From assembly GCF_016432865.1 (NCBI RefSeq), contig NC_067399.1, positions 680,450,001-680,514,000 on the forward strand: a stretch of DNA of 64,000 nucleotides. Direction: 5' to 3'. Under the pieces are notes generated by a model. It searched no databases. It saw nothing but the letters and a program-made list of their open reading frames with translations, and had not been told where the DNA came from. A program made the position numbers and the translations under genes. Of this stretch, positions 22,641 through 34,270 are shown piece after piece (the first letter of the stretch is position 1; every line of letters begins with the position of its first letter). Source of the DNA: Antechinus flavipes. Its lineage: Eukaryota.

Positions 22641-23211
22641 AGTGTACTTAGGACCCGGCAGAACGGCCCTGAGAACCGGCCTTGTCCGAGGGGAGGGGAT
22701 GCTGGTGGGGCACGATGGGGGGAGGGGGCAGTGGGAGAAGCCGAGGGGTGACCGAGGACACCAGCCAGCCCGGGGCTCAGAGCCGGGGACCAAGGGGGGG
22801 GATTTTCCGTGTGGCCCCCGCCCTCACCCACTCTCTGGGCTCCCCCCCCAGGGACTGAGCTGGGCTTCTGCAGGCAGAGGGACTCGAACTTGTCCCCCTC
22901 ATCTCATGCCCCCATCGTGCCCTCCTGTCGACCCCGGCTCTGCCGTGGGGGCCGTTTCTCTCCCAGGCACCTGGGCTCCGGGCGACTCTGGCGTCCCCTT
23001 CTCCGTCACCCCCACATCCATCTCCTGCCAGGTCTTGGCAGCGTAACTCCCGCGTCTGCTGGGTCCGAACCCCCCCTCCTGCTCCCGAGATGAGCCCCCG
23101 CCCCAGGCCCTCCACGGTCCCCTCGGCTCCCACAGGACTTTGCCCATCGGAGACACTGAAGGTCTGTGGCTCACACCCAGAAGTCACATGGGCTGGCTCT
23201 CGGACCTTCTA

Positions 23212-23360
23212 GTACCCGTCTGTCCCAACCGCCGGCCAGTGTGACCCCTCCTCCATCCGTCCATCTGTCCCTGTCTGTCCCAACTACCCGCCAGGCCTGA
23301 TCCCTCCTCCATCCGTCCCTCCGTCTGTCCCAACCGCCGGCCAGGCCTGACCCCCTGCCT
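23212..23360. repeat. Approx. 55-60 bp tandem repeat, about 2.5 copies
   Basis: ccgtctgtcccaaccgccggcca and ccctcctccatccgtcc recur. Confidence 0.75.
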
Positions 23361-26300
23361 GGAAGGGCCCCCTCTGGTTACTGATTCCTGCCTTGGCTTT
23401 GAGAGATCAGGCCGCTATTTCTCCTAGTCAGCCTTGGAGCTGGAAAGGAAGTAGGCCCATTTTACAGATGAGGGAACTGAGGCACACGGAGCTTAGTCAC
23501 TGCCCCTGCGGCCGGTGGTAGCAATAATGGGGGCTAACGTTGCCGAGTGATCACAGCCTTGGTCCCCGCACTGGCCCGGGCCCCCCTGACACAGAACCTC
23601 GGAGTTAGTGGGTTTAGAGCCAGAAGGGCCTTTAGCCAGTCCCAAACAGGTGTGAGCAGAAGTCCCTCAGGGCCCAAATGTGGCCTCCCCGGACCCTGGC
23701 GCGGACTCCCTGGTACGGATGGAGAAACTGAGCCAGACTCCGAGGCCGGCGCGGCCCAGGCCTTCCTCCCCTCGGAGCCCAGCGGGGGAGCGATGCCCCC
23801 CAGCTCTGCCGGGACCGTGGGAGGGGAGGGAGCTCCTAATTGGGAGGGGCCTGGGCCCGGTGCCCCCAGCGGTGCCTCCTGGGTCCCTCCCTGCTCCCAC
23901 GAGCCGTCAATGCTTTAAGGCTGTGTAACTGATTCCTTCTGTTTTAACACCATTTTCTTTTCCCGGTTACTCAGCCGTTAGCTTTTGTAACTGGGTCTTT
24001 TTTAGTTTGGGTTCTGAGTTCCCTCCCCCCCCCCAGAGACAAGGAGCGACCCAGCCCCGATCCCTCCTGGGAAACACCCCCGCGCTGGCTGTTCTGGCCG
24101 AGAGGACCCGAGAGCCCCCACGTCCCCCTTCTCTCGGAGGTCGGGCGGGGTCTCCCCCTCCATCCGCGCTCGCTGGAGCAGCCGGGCTCCTCCTGTCCCC
24201 TCCCAGATGGCGCAGCCCAGAGCCTCCCACTGGCCGGAGCCCAGAGAAAAGCAGGCCCGGGTCCGAGCCCCGCAGGGTGAGCCGCAGAGCCTCGGCTCCT
24301 GGCCCTTTGGCCCGGTGCCCGGCGCACAGTGGGGGCTTTATCGGTGCTCCTCCCCCAGAAGTGCAGCAGGGCCCGCGGCCTCAGACCCGCCCCCTTCGTT
24401 CTTCGGACGAGGAAACCGAGTCCCTTAAACTCCTCAGCGCTAAGTCAGAGCTGGGGCTCCGAGCCCAAAGCCAGGGCCTTCGCTGAAAATCCGCGCTTCG
24501 TCTCCTCCCGGGGACACACGGGCACCTGGTTTCCTGCCGCAGTCGGAGATAAAAATGGAGGAGCAGGAAGGAGGGGCCTTTGTCCGATACTGACAATGCC
24601 CGGGGAGGGGGGCAGGACTACCTCCCCTTCCCATTACACAGATAAGGAAACTGAGCCCCCGGGAGGGCCACTGGCCTGGGCAGGGTCAGGAAGCCAGTTA
24701 CTGGAAGATGGGGGCGAAAGCCCGCGCCCCGCGGCCCCCAGGGTCCTTCCCGGAGGGAGGCAGCTCTCGGGCCTGCAGCCGGACCCCCGGCGGCTTCTCC
24801 GCATTAAAGCTCGGCTGCCCAAGGAGTTTCCTTCAATGTGAGCGTTTCCCCTCCGTCTTGTGGAGCAGAAAGGGTGAGGAGAGACCGAGCCGGAGAGGGG
24901 TCATCGGGAGGCTCGGAGGAGCCGGGAGGGCAGGTCTGGGGTCAGCCAGTCAGCAAGTACGGGCACCTGCTGTGTACAAGGCTGGCCCAGCCCCCTCCGA
25001 GCTCGCGCCGACTCCCTGCCCATAAGCTCGTTCCTCCAGAGCCGGTCTCGGGGCCAGCCCCTTTCTTAGATCAGAAGCTCCACCAACACTTAGGGCAGCA
25101 TCTGGTACACAGCAGGAGCTTAATAAATGTTCACTGAGTCATCTTGTCAGGCTAAGTTAATGGGAGCAAGTCGGGAAAAAAAACCCACTGGCTCTTCTAC
25201 TCCCCTTCCCAATTAAGTGGCCGACGCAAGCCTCCATTGCCCTCTTCGGTCTTGAGACAGCCCGTCCCTGTGCCCCGGCTCTCTGCATCTCTGAATCAGA
25301 AGCCCCTCTCCCTTCAAAGCCCATCCCAGAGGCTTTGGGTCAAACTTCCCCGTGACTCAGTTTCCTTCCCTGAAAAATGGGAAGGGGAAGGGGACAGTGC
25401 GACTTTCTATCAGGTTTCTCCTGCCTGTTCTTTGTTTTGAAATTCCTGTGTGCGTGTAAGATTTCCTCCCACTGAATCCGCCAAGCATGGAGTGAGCACC
25501 TACTGTTTACTGGGGCTACAAAGACCGATGAGGGTTAGAACCCTGGGGGGGGGGGCAGAGCCTGTGGACAAAGAAGCAGGGAGGGATTCTTCCCGGGGAT
25601 GGAGGCTCCGGAGGGGCAGGGCCAGGGCAGCTTCGGCTTTGCCACGGCTTGAGATGCTTGGACGCTTAAGTCGTGCTTTTGGGATGTGGATTCGAACCCG
25701 TCCCCGAGCAGATGATGGCCATGAGATCTGTTCCTCTGCCACCCGGTCCTGGACCAGCCTTTGTGCAGCCGTCTCCTCCGTCAGCCAGGGGGCTCTGGGA
25801 CCTTTCACGTACTCCCCACGGCTCCCAGTGCTCGTTGGCTGGCCCGCAGTGAAAGAGGGAGCGAGGAGATGGGAATGTTCTGTTTGGGGAAGAGGCAGCT
25901 GACTTGGATGGGCCAGAGGCGGGCGGCTGAGAGGACCTCCCCAGGGGCCCGGGGTCCCCCCTTTTTCGAGCAGCTCTCTCCCCGCCCCCACTGCGCTCCC
26001 TTTCTTTGCCCCACCCTGGTTGCCCACCCCCTTTCTCTCTCCTAATGGCCTCCCTTCCCCCTCCCTGCAGATCCAGCCGGCTTCGTCCACACTTTGGGCA
26101 GCTTGGGCTGCGGGTCCCCCACCGGCCCCCCACCGGGTGGACAGAAAGGGCCGGTGTGGGCCGGGGCAGCAGCTGGGGTGGCTCAGGCCACCGGGTCCCA
26201 CACCCGTCCCCCGGCGGACAGACGGCATCTCTGCGGGCCCAGAACGGGCCCAGTGGGGTCCAGGGCGGCAGCTGGAGGGGCTCGGGCCGCGGGTCCCACC

Positions 26301-26439
26301 CACCCCCCGCCGGGCGACAGAGCGGGCCAGGGCGGCAGCCAGAGCTTCGCGGGGACAAAGAGCTTCCCCGCCTGATTTAGCTCCTGGAAGGCCGGGGCGT
26401 CCCCAGAAATCATTGTCCTCCCTGACGGCAGATGCGCTC

Positions 26440-26640
26440 CGGAGCCGCCCGGCCTGTCTGATCTGGCGACCTTTGACTTCATTTAAGTGAAGCCGGCCAC
26501 ATGCGCGGAGCTTTCCCAGGCCGCTTATGAGATATTATTGACTCGGAATTTATAAATATTTAATCTTCACATTAAAAATATGGGACCGAGCGGCCATTAG
26601 GAGCAGACAATAAAAAGGCTTTCTCTGCTGATTGGGAGGG
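26440..26640. promoter_or_regulatory. Candidate enhancer-like AT island
   Basis: acctttgacttc, atttataaatatttaat, ccattagg and ctgattgg in GC-rich surroundings. Confidence 0.3.
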
Positions 26641-26797
26641 CCCGGGAACAGGAGACCAGGCTTTTATTGAGCTGAGCCCGGGATGGAGGGCGTGGGGTGC
26701 TGGGAGGGCGCGGCTGCGGGAGGGCTCGGAACCCAAACCCTCCGCTGCTCCCCTCAGAGCCGGCCCGGCGCGCACGGAGCCAACGGGCGGCCGGCGA

Positions 26798-27070
26798 GGG
26801 CCCAGAGAGGGCCCGGCGAGGGCCCGGAGAGGGCCCGGAGAGGGCCCGGAGAGGACCCGGAGAGGGCCCAATGAGGACCCGGGGAGGACTCGGAGAGGGC
26901 CCGGAGAGGACCGGAGAGGGCCCAATGAGGACCCGGGGAGGACTCGGAGAGGGCCCGGAGAGGACCCGGAGAGGGCCCAATGAGGACCCGGGGAGGACCC
27001 GGCGAGGGCCCGGAGAGGGCCCGGAGAGGACCCGGAGAGGGCCCGGTGTGGGCCCGGTGAGGGCCGGGGA
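26798..27070. repeat. 11-bp minisatellite (gggcccggaga), about 25 copies, with a 55-bp higher-order unit
   Basis: Series gggcccaatga-ggacccgggga-ggactcggaga-gggcccggaga-ggacccggaga recurs about 3 times. Confidence 0.95.
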
Positions 27071-27164
27071 AGCCCAGACCCCTCGTCCGCCCTTCCCGAT
27101 CTCCACCGACCGGCCTCCTGAAGGCACAGGCGGCTGCTGCCGGCCCAGGGGCCCGAGTGCTCAC

Positions 27165-27262
27165 ACAGACACAGAGACACAGAGACAGACACAGACACAG
27201 ACAGACACACATGATACAGACACACAGAGACCCAGAGACAGAGACCAGAGAGACAGACACTC
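27165..27262. repeat. (ACAG/AC)n tract
   Basis: Visible directly. Confidence 0.9.
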
Positions 27263-30129
27263 ACTGCCCCTCTCTGCCCACCGCTGGTCTCCTGCCCTCC
27301 TGACAGCGGGTCTCCGGATGGGCCAGGCCAGCAGAGGGGCCCATGTGAGGGGCCCGAGGCTCTCCGCCGTTGCGAGCCTCCAGGCCTTTCCTGGCCCACA
27401 GCCCGATTTCCCTCCAGATCAGCCCGATTTCTCCCCACTCTGGACCTCGGGACTCGGACCCGGTTCCCTCACAGTCCCAAAATGTGATTTTTCTGTGGGG
27501 GAGTTTTGGGGGCTTTGGCCGCCCAAGGTGGATTCTGGAGCTGGGCCCCAACCTCTCTTCTGATTAACGAGGGACGGGAGGCTCAGAGACCCTGTGGCTG
27601 CCCGAGCCCCCGGAGGCACTGAGCGGCAGGGAGTGGGTTTATTCACCGGCAGCTCGGCCACAAGTGCGGCCCTCTCCCTGCACCGAGAAGGGACCCCCTG
27701 CTTCTTCGGGCCTGTCTCAGGGTCCACCAGAGGCCACGTGGTCCGGCCTCCTCCTGGTCCAGGTGCCAGGAGCCAGAGCCGCCGTTCGTGCCCCATAACT
27801 TCCTTTTGTGCCCCAGGCTCCCGTTCCAGGCGCGCCCCCGTCCTCCTCAGCCAGGGATCCGTGGGAGCCCAGGGCCTCCTCCCGTGAGACGCCGGCCATC
27901 GCACGGGCCTCCAGCCCCCTTCCTACAGGCTTGGCCGGCCCAGGGGCTCACCTGGAAGGGCTGCTCCCCGAGGCAAGGCCCCGAGAGGACGCAGGAGCAA
28001 AGTTTCATCCAATTCAGTGAAAGGTTCATTGACTCTGGACTGGGAACAAGGGTTCAGACCCCTCAGCCGCGGCCTCTCTGGCCGATCTTGAGGAAGTCGC
28101 TTTCTCTCTGACCTAGAGGCCCCCAGAGTCCCGAGCCCCGAAGAGCTCTTTTCCTAACGTCACATTCTGTGGCTCGATGGTTGCCAGTGTCCCGCAGAAT
28201 CCCCCGGGCCCCCAGATAGTCAAGGCTGTGTTTGAGTGCAAGGAAGAGAACGATCTCTGTGAAAATGCGTCGGGGTCACCTGGAGCCGCTGCCCACCAGT
28301 GTGGCCCTGGGGCCCCCAATTCGGAGAAGGGAAAGCAAACATGGCAAAAGAAGAGGGTTTGCTCCCTGAGCCTCCAGAACGGGTGCCCCTCCCTAAGGCC
28401 CAGAAGGAGCCCCCCGGGAAGCAGCTTCGGCTCCTCGTGCTCTCCCTCCTGCTAATTCGGGCTCCTCCGCCGTCCCTCGCCAATGGCGGCCGAAGAGAAG
28501 AGCTGCGTGTGACAAGGAGAGCGAGTGGAACAACAGGACGGACGCTTCAGAAATGTCCGCCGGGTCACAAAAAATAAAGAAAAATTAAATTTAACCAAAA
28601 AAATGTCCTTTGGACAGGGGTTCGAGGCTCTGCTCAGGCTCTTCCCTGGATTGGANNNNNNNNNNNNNNNNNNNNNNNNNNNNNNNNNNNNNNNNNNNNN
28701 NNNNNNNNNNNNNNNNNNNNNNNNNNNNNNNNNNNNNNNNNNNNNNNNNNNNNNNNNNNNNNNNNNNNNNNNNNNNNNNNNNNNNNNNNNNNNNNNNNNN
28801 NNNNNNNNNNNNNNNNNNNNNNNNNNNNNNNNNNNNNNNNNNNNNNNNNNNNNNNNNNNNNNNNNNNNNNNNNNNNNNNNNNNNNNNNNNNNNNNNNNNN
28901 NNNNNNNNNNNNNNNNNNNNNNNNNNNNNNNNNNNNNNNNNNNNNNNNNNNNNNNNNNNNNNNNNNNNNNNNNNNNNNNNNNNNNNNNNNNNNNNNNNNN
29001 NNNNNNNNNNNNNNNNNNNNNNNNNNNNNNNNNNNNNNNNNNNNNNNNNNNNNNNNNNNNNNNNNNNNNNNNNNNNNNNNNNNNNNNNNNNNNNNNNNNN
29101 NNNNNNNNNNNNNNNNNNNNNNNNNNNNNNNNNNNNNNNNNNNNNNNNNNNNNNNNNNNNNNNNNNNNNNNNNNNNNNNNNNNNNNNNNNNNNNNNNNNN
29201 NNNNNNNNNNNNNNNNNNNNNNNNNNNNNNNNNNNNNNNNNNNNTACTAAATGAGACTGACTTCAGTTCAGAAATAAATAGATAATAATCCCCCAACCTG
29301 GGGCCAGTCTAAAGGGGAGCGGGAGCCGTCAATTCCCCAGAACTGGACTGATGGAACGTTCCCAGCCCAGCCTCCCTTTAGAAACCCCCGAATACTTCCA
29401 GAGGGAGAATCTCCAGTAAAAGGATGGGGGGCCGAGGGGGGGGTCACGCCCTTGCTTCCTTCCTCAGTGGACCACACGGCTCTTTCGAGAAGACAATCAA
29501 TGACTCTGAAGGTTCTGGGCAGCTTGACCATTAATTAGTCCGGGGGATCAAGAAAACTCTGAGTCTTTTCCTTTAGATGCCCAGAAGGGCAAAAGCCCTG
29601 GGTCGAGCGAGCGTGGAGGAGGTTTCCCAGTCACCGAGGATGAGCCCCCCACTTTCAATCACTGATTCTCTCCCGGCCCAGAGGGGATCAAGGCTGGGGG
29701 GCATCGATTTCCTCTTCTGGGCACGGAGGAGCCCGAGCGGAGCCTTCACACGGGGCACCTCAGGTTCCTGCAGAAGGAGGGGGCAGCACACAGCCCCAGA
29801 GCCCGGGGGCCCTGCTGCTAACTTTCTTCTGGTTGGACCGTCCTCGATAACTTCCCAGAGTCTTGGATTAGACCTGCTTTGCATCCCCAGACTTGTTTCC
29901 ACCCCCTCCCCCCAGCCCCAAACCGTTACAGACAGTCTTGGGATGAAGTTTTTTTTTTTTGTGAAAAATGAGAAAATTCGGAAATCCGGCGAAACCTTTG
30001 CAACTTAGAGTCCTCTCGTTCAGAATATGGATATTTGTAGCTGGACCCCCCTTATTTGACTCTTAGCTAAACAGATTGGAAGTGTAAACAAGGTTCTTGG
30101 GAAACCGATCCACATAGAAGGGGACAGGG

Positions 30130-30290
30130 TAGTGTGGTCTCACTGCACGAGCCCACCATCCGGAGGCAAAAGCCCTGGATTCAAATCTCACTCTGTGACC
30201 TTGGCCATCACATCTTTAGTTTGGACCGCGATCGTCTCATCCGAAGAACGGAACCATTTCAGGCCCCTTCCAGGGCTTTAGTTCATCGCA
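30130..30290 (+). mobile_element. MIR/CORE-SINE fragment
   Basis: ccctggattcaaatctcactctgtgaccttggc...ccccttccagggct. Confidence 0.55.
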
Positions 30291-30339
30291 CACAGGAGGG
30301 GGCCATTCAGTTCAAGAGTCATCTTTTCATTAAAACAGC

Positions 30340-30530
30340 GCCACAAAAGTGTACATAATTTCAGTCATCGGGCCTGGTAAAAGCGATAAACTTGCATTTA
30401 TTTAAAAATGCGTCCTCCAAAGGGGACGTCCTTGCGGAGGGCGCCGCACTCAGAGAAGTGAAATCTTACTCAACTTGGAATTGTGTTTAGTGGATAATCT
30501 GCTATTTTATTAACTTAAAAAAAAGCCCAA
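30340..30530. promoter_or_regulatory. Candidate enhancer-like unique block
   Basis: cataatttc, gcgataaac (GATA), ttgcatttattt and ttttattaac motifs. Confidence 0.25.
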
Positions 30531-31265
30531 GCAAGTAGCCTGCTCCCCACGGTTTCCTCTCCGGGAAGCGTCCTGCTTTGAGCCCTTCGGCGCATCCCGG
30601 CTTCGTGGCAGCCTGTCACGGGGCAGACTCTCCATCAGCTCGCTCCGGTCCCGAGGTAGACTTCACTGCTTTATAATTCCTGGGATCTCCCTTAGCTCTT
30701 AAAAAAAAAAATTAGGTAGCACATTAGCAGCTTTCCAATTTTCAGGACCTGTTTGTGTTTGGAAGGATATATTTTATATCGTTGTCAGTGTCTCTGCTAT
30801 TGTGGCCTTTATTTCCGGCAGAAACCTCTGTTGAATGTCATCCATTGCGAGAGATTTACAGCCTGAGGGCTTCCTAAGTTGCCCCATAACTTTCTTGTTA
30901 GAAACTTCATTTTGGTCAAGGTGACACCGGAGCCTCCCGGAACAACAGCCTTCGGAGCAGACTGAGGTGGATGCAAAAAGCTCACGTAATTCCTTGCCGT
31001 CTTCATCTCTTCCTTAGTTTCCCCCACATGGATTCGGGCCTTTCAGAGAGTTGACATGAAAGCCCCTGATGGCCCAGGAAGTGCCGCCATATTTTTTTTT
31101 CCTGAGACTTTGGTCAAGGACATGGCAGGGGATGAGGGCGGATAGGAAAAAACACTCGTCCTATGTGGATGTCTTTTTCAAGTGAAAGGGTCTGAATGGG
31201 ATGGGAACAGGGCCATGACTAGTAATTCCATCACTGGGGCAACAGTACTAAATTTGCCCCCAAAT

Positions 31266-31399
31266 GGATAGAGCACCGGCCCTGAAGTCAGGAGGAGCTG
31301 AGTTCAAATCCGGTCTCAGACACATAACACTTCCCGGCTGTGTGACCCTGGGCAAGTCACTTAGCCCCAGCTGCCTCAGCAAAAATTAAATAAATAAAA
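31266..31399 (+). mobile_element. WSINE1-type CORE-SINE, 5'-truncated, with TSD
   Basis: ggatagagcaccggccctgaagtcaggagg...gagttcaaatccggtctcagacac...ctgtgtgaccctgggcaagtcactt...A-tail; TSD ttgcccccaaat at 31254-31265 and 31400-31411. Confidence 0.9.
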
Positions 31400-31979
31400 T
31401 TGCCCCCAAATCAGTTGTGGGTAGAAATAGATCACAACACTAATGCAATAGCGAAGACCCTAAATGGCAAGAGATCGTTATGTGAGAGGACAAGGGGAAG
31501 CCCATGGCTCGAGTGGTGTAAGTCCTGAACTTTGGCATCCCGGCCCACTGCCCCGATTACCCCATCCTAATCCCCAGTCTGGCTGAGGCCGGTGGTCCCA
31601 GGTGGCATCTCTGGCGTCCCTGGAGCCACCTTGTCCCTGTTTCTTCCATGGCTGCTGCTTACAAGTTTGGACAGACAGCCCAATTAGAGAAGATGGCCTC
31701 CGAGTTTTCCCCAAGGGCATTGGAAGGGACCAACTCTACCAGGCTGAGGTAACGGCCCATCTGAGGGGAAGCTGACATGAAGCCCCCAAGAGCCCAAATG
31801 TCTGTGAAAGATGGGTCAAGTTGGGGCGGAGTGCTCCCTGGCTCATGGTGGTCCTTGAGGGTCCCACCTCCAACACCATTACCCACGTGGTTGCGCTCTT
31901 GAGGGCTTTCTGCTGTCCCATCATAGCCGAGCCCTCACAAGATGGCTTCCCCTCATTCCACCGAATCTGCTCTCTCCGA

Positions 31980-33305
31980 GTGGCCAGGGAGCTCCCAGCT
32001 GGAGATCCACGAGCGCTTCTCCATCCTCATTCTCTTTGAGAATTCTGCAGCCTTTGAGACGAGGGGTCACTCTCCCCCTCGACCCTCTCTTCTCTCTAGG
32101 TTTTCAGGACCCCCTTCCTCCCCTCTGACTGCTCCTTCTCCGTCTCATTTGCTGGCTGCTCCTCTCTTCTCCCTCTGTACCACCTTACTTGGCCATCTCA
32201 TCGGCTCCCACGGATCAATTGCTGTCGTTACGCTCGTGATTTTCAAATCTGCCTTTCCTGCCTCGGTCTCTCTGCCGACCTCCCCGTCTCCAACTCCAGC
32301 TGCCCTTTGGTCACATCAGGCCGGATGTCCACGCCATAAACTCAACCCTTCCGATAGGGGACTCATCACCTCTTCCCTGTTGCAGCGGAGAGCAACACCG
32401 TCCTCCCGTTCCCTCAAGTTCCCAGGCCCTCTTGCGCTCTCTCACCCCCCTATGCAAGTCACTGCCAAGGAGGTGGATTTCACTCCTGCAGCATCTCTCA
32501 AACTTGCTCCTTCTCTCCTACCTGTCCATTCCTCTGCTGCAGGCCCTCCTCCTCTCACACAGGCCCTCCTCCCCTCACACAGGCTCTCCTCCCCTCACAC
32601 AAGCTCTCCTCCCCTCACACAGGCCCTCCTCCCCTCACACAGGCTCTCCTCCCCTCACACAGGCCCTCCTCCCCTCACACAGACTCTCCTCCCCTCACAC
32701 AGGCCCTCCTCCCCTCACACAGGCCCTCCTCCCCTCACTCCTGGACTGCTGCAGTGTCCTACTGGAGGGGGGGGGGTCTCACGCCTCAAGTTTCTCCCCG
32801 CCAAAGGGATTTTCCAAAAACTCACATCTGTCACCCCTACTCAATAACTCCAGTGGCTCCCGTTTGCCTCCAGGCTCAAATACAAATGCTGTTTGTCGTC
32901 CAAAGCCCTTCTTTCCCTGCCTTCTCCTGCCTTTCCAAACCCCAACATGCGCCCCTCCCTCCAGTGGCCTCAGCCCCCTACGGACAAGACCCTCCATCAG
33001 GGAATTTCCTCCAGCGGTTTCCCGTGCTTGGACCGCTCTTCCCCCTCACCTCCCTGGCTTCCCTTAAGTTCCAATTAAAATCCATCTTCTACAGGAAGCC
33101 TTCCACAACTGCTTTTAATTAGTGCCTTCCCTCTGCCGACTTTTTCCCATCTATTCTGGGGAGATCTCTCTTTGTTCACGTTTGCCTCCATGTTGTTCCC
33201 TCCCTTAGTTTCCATGTTGTCGCCCCTTAGATTACAAGCTCCTTGAGGGTAACGCACCTAGTCCAGAGCTGGGCACTGTGGGCACTTAATCGATGCTTAT
33301 TGATT
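31980..33305 (+). mobile_element. LINE2, 3' portion (~1.3 kb)
   Basis: ttctccatcctcattctc...ctgcagcctttga, ccatctcatc..ctccca, ending ttagattacaagctccttgaggg...gggcacttaatcgatgcttattgatt. Confidence 0.85.
32541..32740. repeat. 20-bp minisatellite (aggccctcctcccctcacac) x10 inside the L2
   Basis: Ten in-register units counted; L2 resumes with ctggactgctgca. Confidence 0.97.
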
Positions 33306-33364
33306 AACCAAGATTAAATATAAAATTCAAAAACTCAACTGAAATGTTAAAAGAAGTATCGCTT

Positions 33365-33460
33365 CTTAGAGAGACAGAGACAGAAAGACAGAGACAGAGA
33401 CAGAGACAGGTGGAGAGAGAAACAGAGAGAGACAGAGAGAGACAGAGACAGAGAGAAAGA
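33365..33460. repeat. (AG/AGAC)n tract
   Basis: Visible directly. Confidence 0.9.
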
Positions 33461-33989
33461 GAGCCAGGCAGGCAGCAAGGCATAATGGATAGAGAGCTGA
33501 ACCTACCTATGAAATGGGCACACTGACTGGAAATCCAGGAACGTTGGGGAACTCTGATTGCCCCAGGTGACAGCCTAGAACAGGTGTAGGTCTGCTCAGG
33601 GAGAGGGAGTTTCCTCACAGGTTCTTTGCTCTCCCCTTTGACCCCTCCCCAGCCCCTGCAGACAAGGACTTTCCAGTCCAGCGCTCCATCCACTGAGTTC
33701 CCAGCTGCCTGTTTGGCCCCGAATGGCTGAAAGGGGAGGCTTGAGTGGCCGTGGCACCGGCACAAACCTAGACTTGATGTCCCTCAAACCCCCAAGCAAA
33801 ACCCTCCTCGCCACGTAGCACTCTACAGAAGCGGGACGCCTTGGCTTGGAGGCGGGGCCCCTCTCGATGCCGACCGCTCCTCACGTATATGTTTGAAGGG
33901 GCCTTTTGGGGGGAAGGAGGCTGGTTGGATGGGACGCCACGGCTGCCGGGCCCCTTCTTGCTCTGAGATTCTGGGTTTTTCTGTAACCC

Positions 33990-34270
33990 TCTCTGTCACT
34001 TCTGGATGACTCATCATTACTTATAAATGAGAGGTTTGGGCCAGAGACAACAACCCCCAAATACTCAGAAATCATGATAATTGAGATAGTCTCTCTTCTG
34101 TAAATCAAGCTAATGGTGCCATTTTTAATTTTAAAAGCTGGAACAACAACCCAAACCAGCAATGTGAATTAAGGAACCCAGATTGGGGGTGGGCCATATT
34201 TCACGCTAATGACTGCAGTACTTTTAAAAATATGAAAGCTGTGGCTTTGAAAGTTTGTCCTTTTCCTGCC
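33990..34270. promoter_or_regulatory. Candidate enhancer-like block
   Basis: TGACTCA (AP-1) near 34006, gtaaatca, gctaatgg, ctttgaa (TCF/LEF) and gaattaa. Confidence 0.25.

Noticed and set aside
26798-27070. miR-675/H19 (shares cggagagggccc with miR-675-5p; similar text near 6471)
   Set aside because: Only a 12-nt match within an 11-bp tandem repeat; no 3p arm and no precursor hairpin.
20600-28600. Many overlapping 100-290 aa Pro/Gly/Arg-rich ORFs
   Set aside because: Open in several frames on both strands because of high GC; no codon bias, domains or exon-like boundaries.
31942-33122. 301-aa and 211-aa Ser/Pro/Leu-rich ORFs
   Set aside because: They lie within a pyrimidine-rich L2 plus the 20-bp minisatellite; compositional artefacts.
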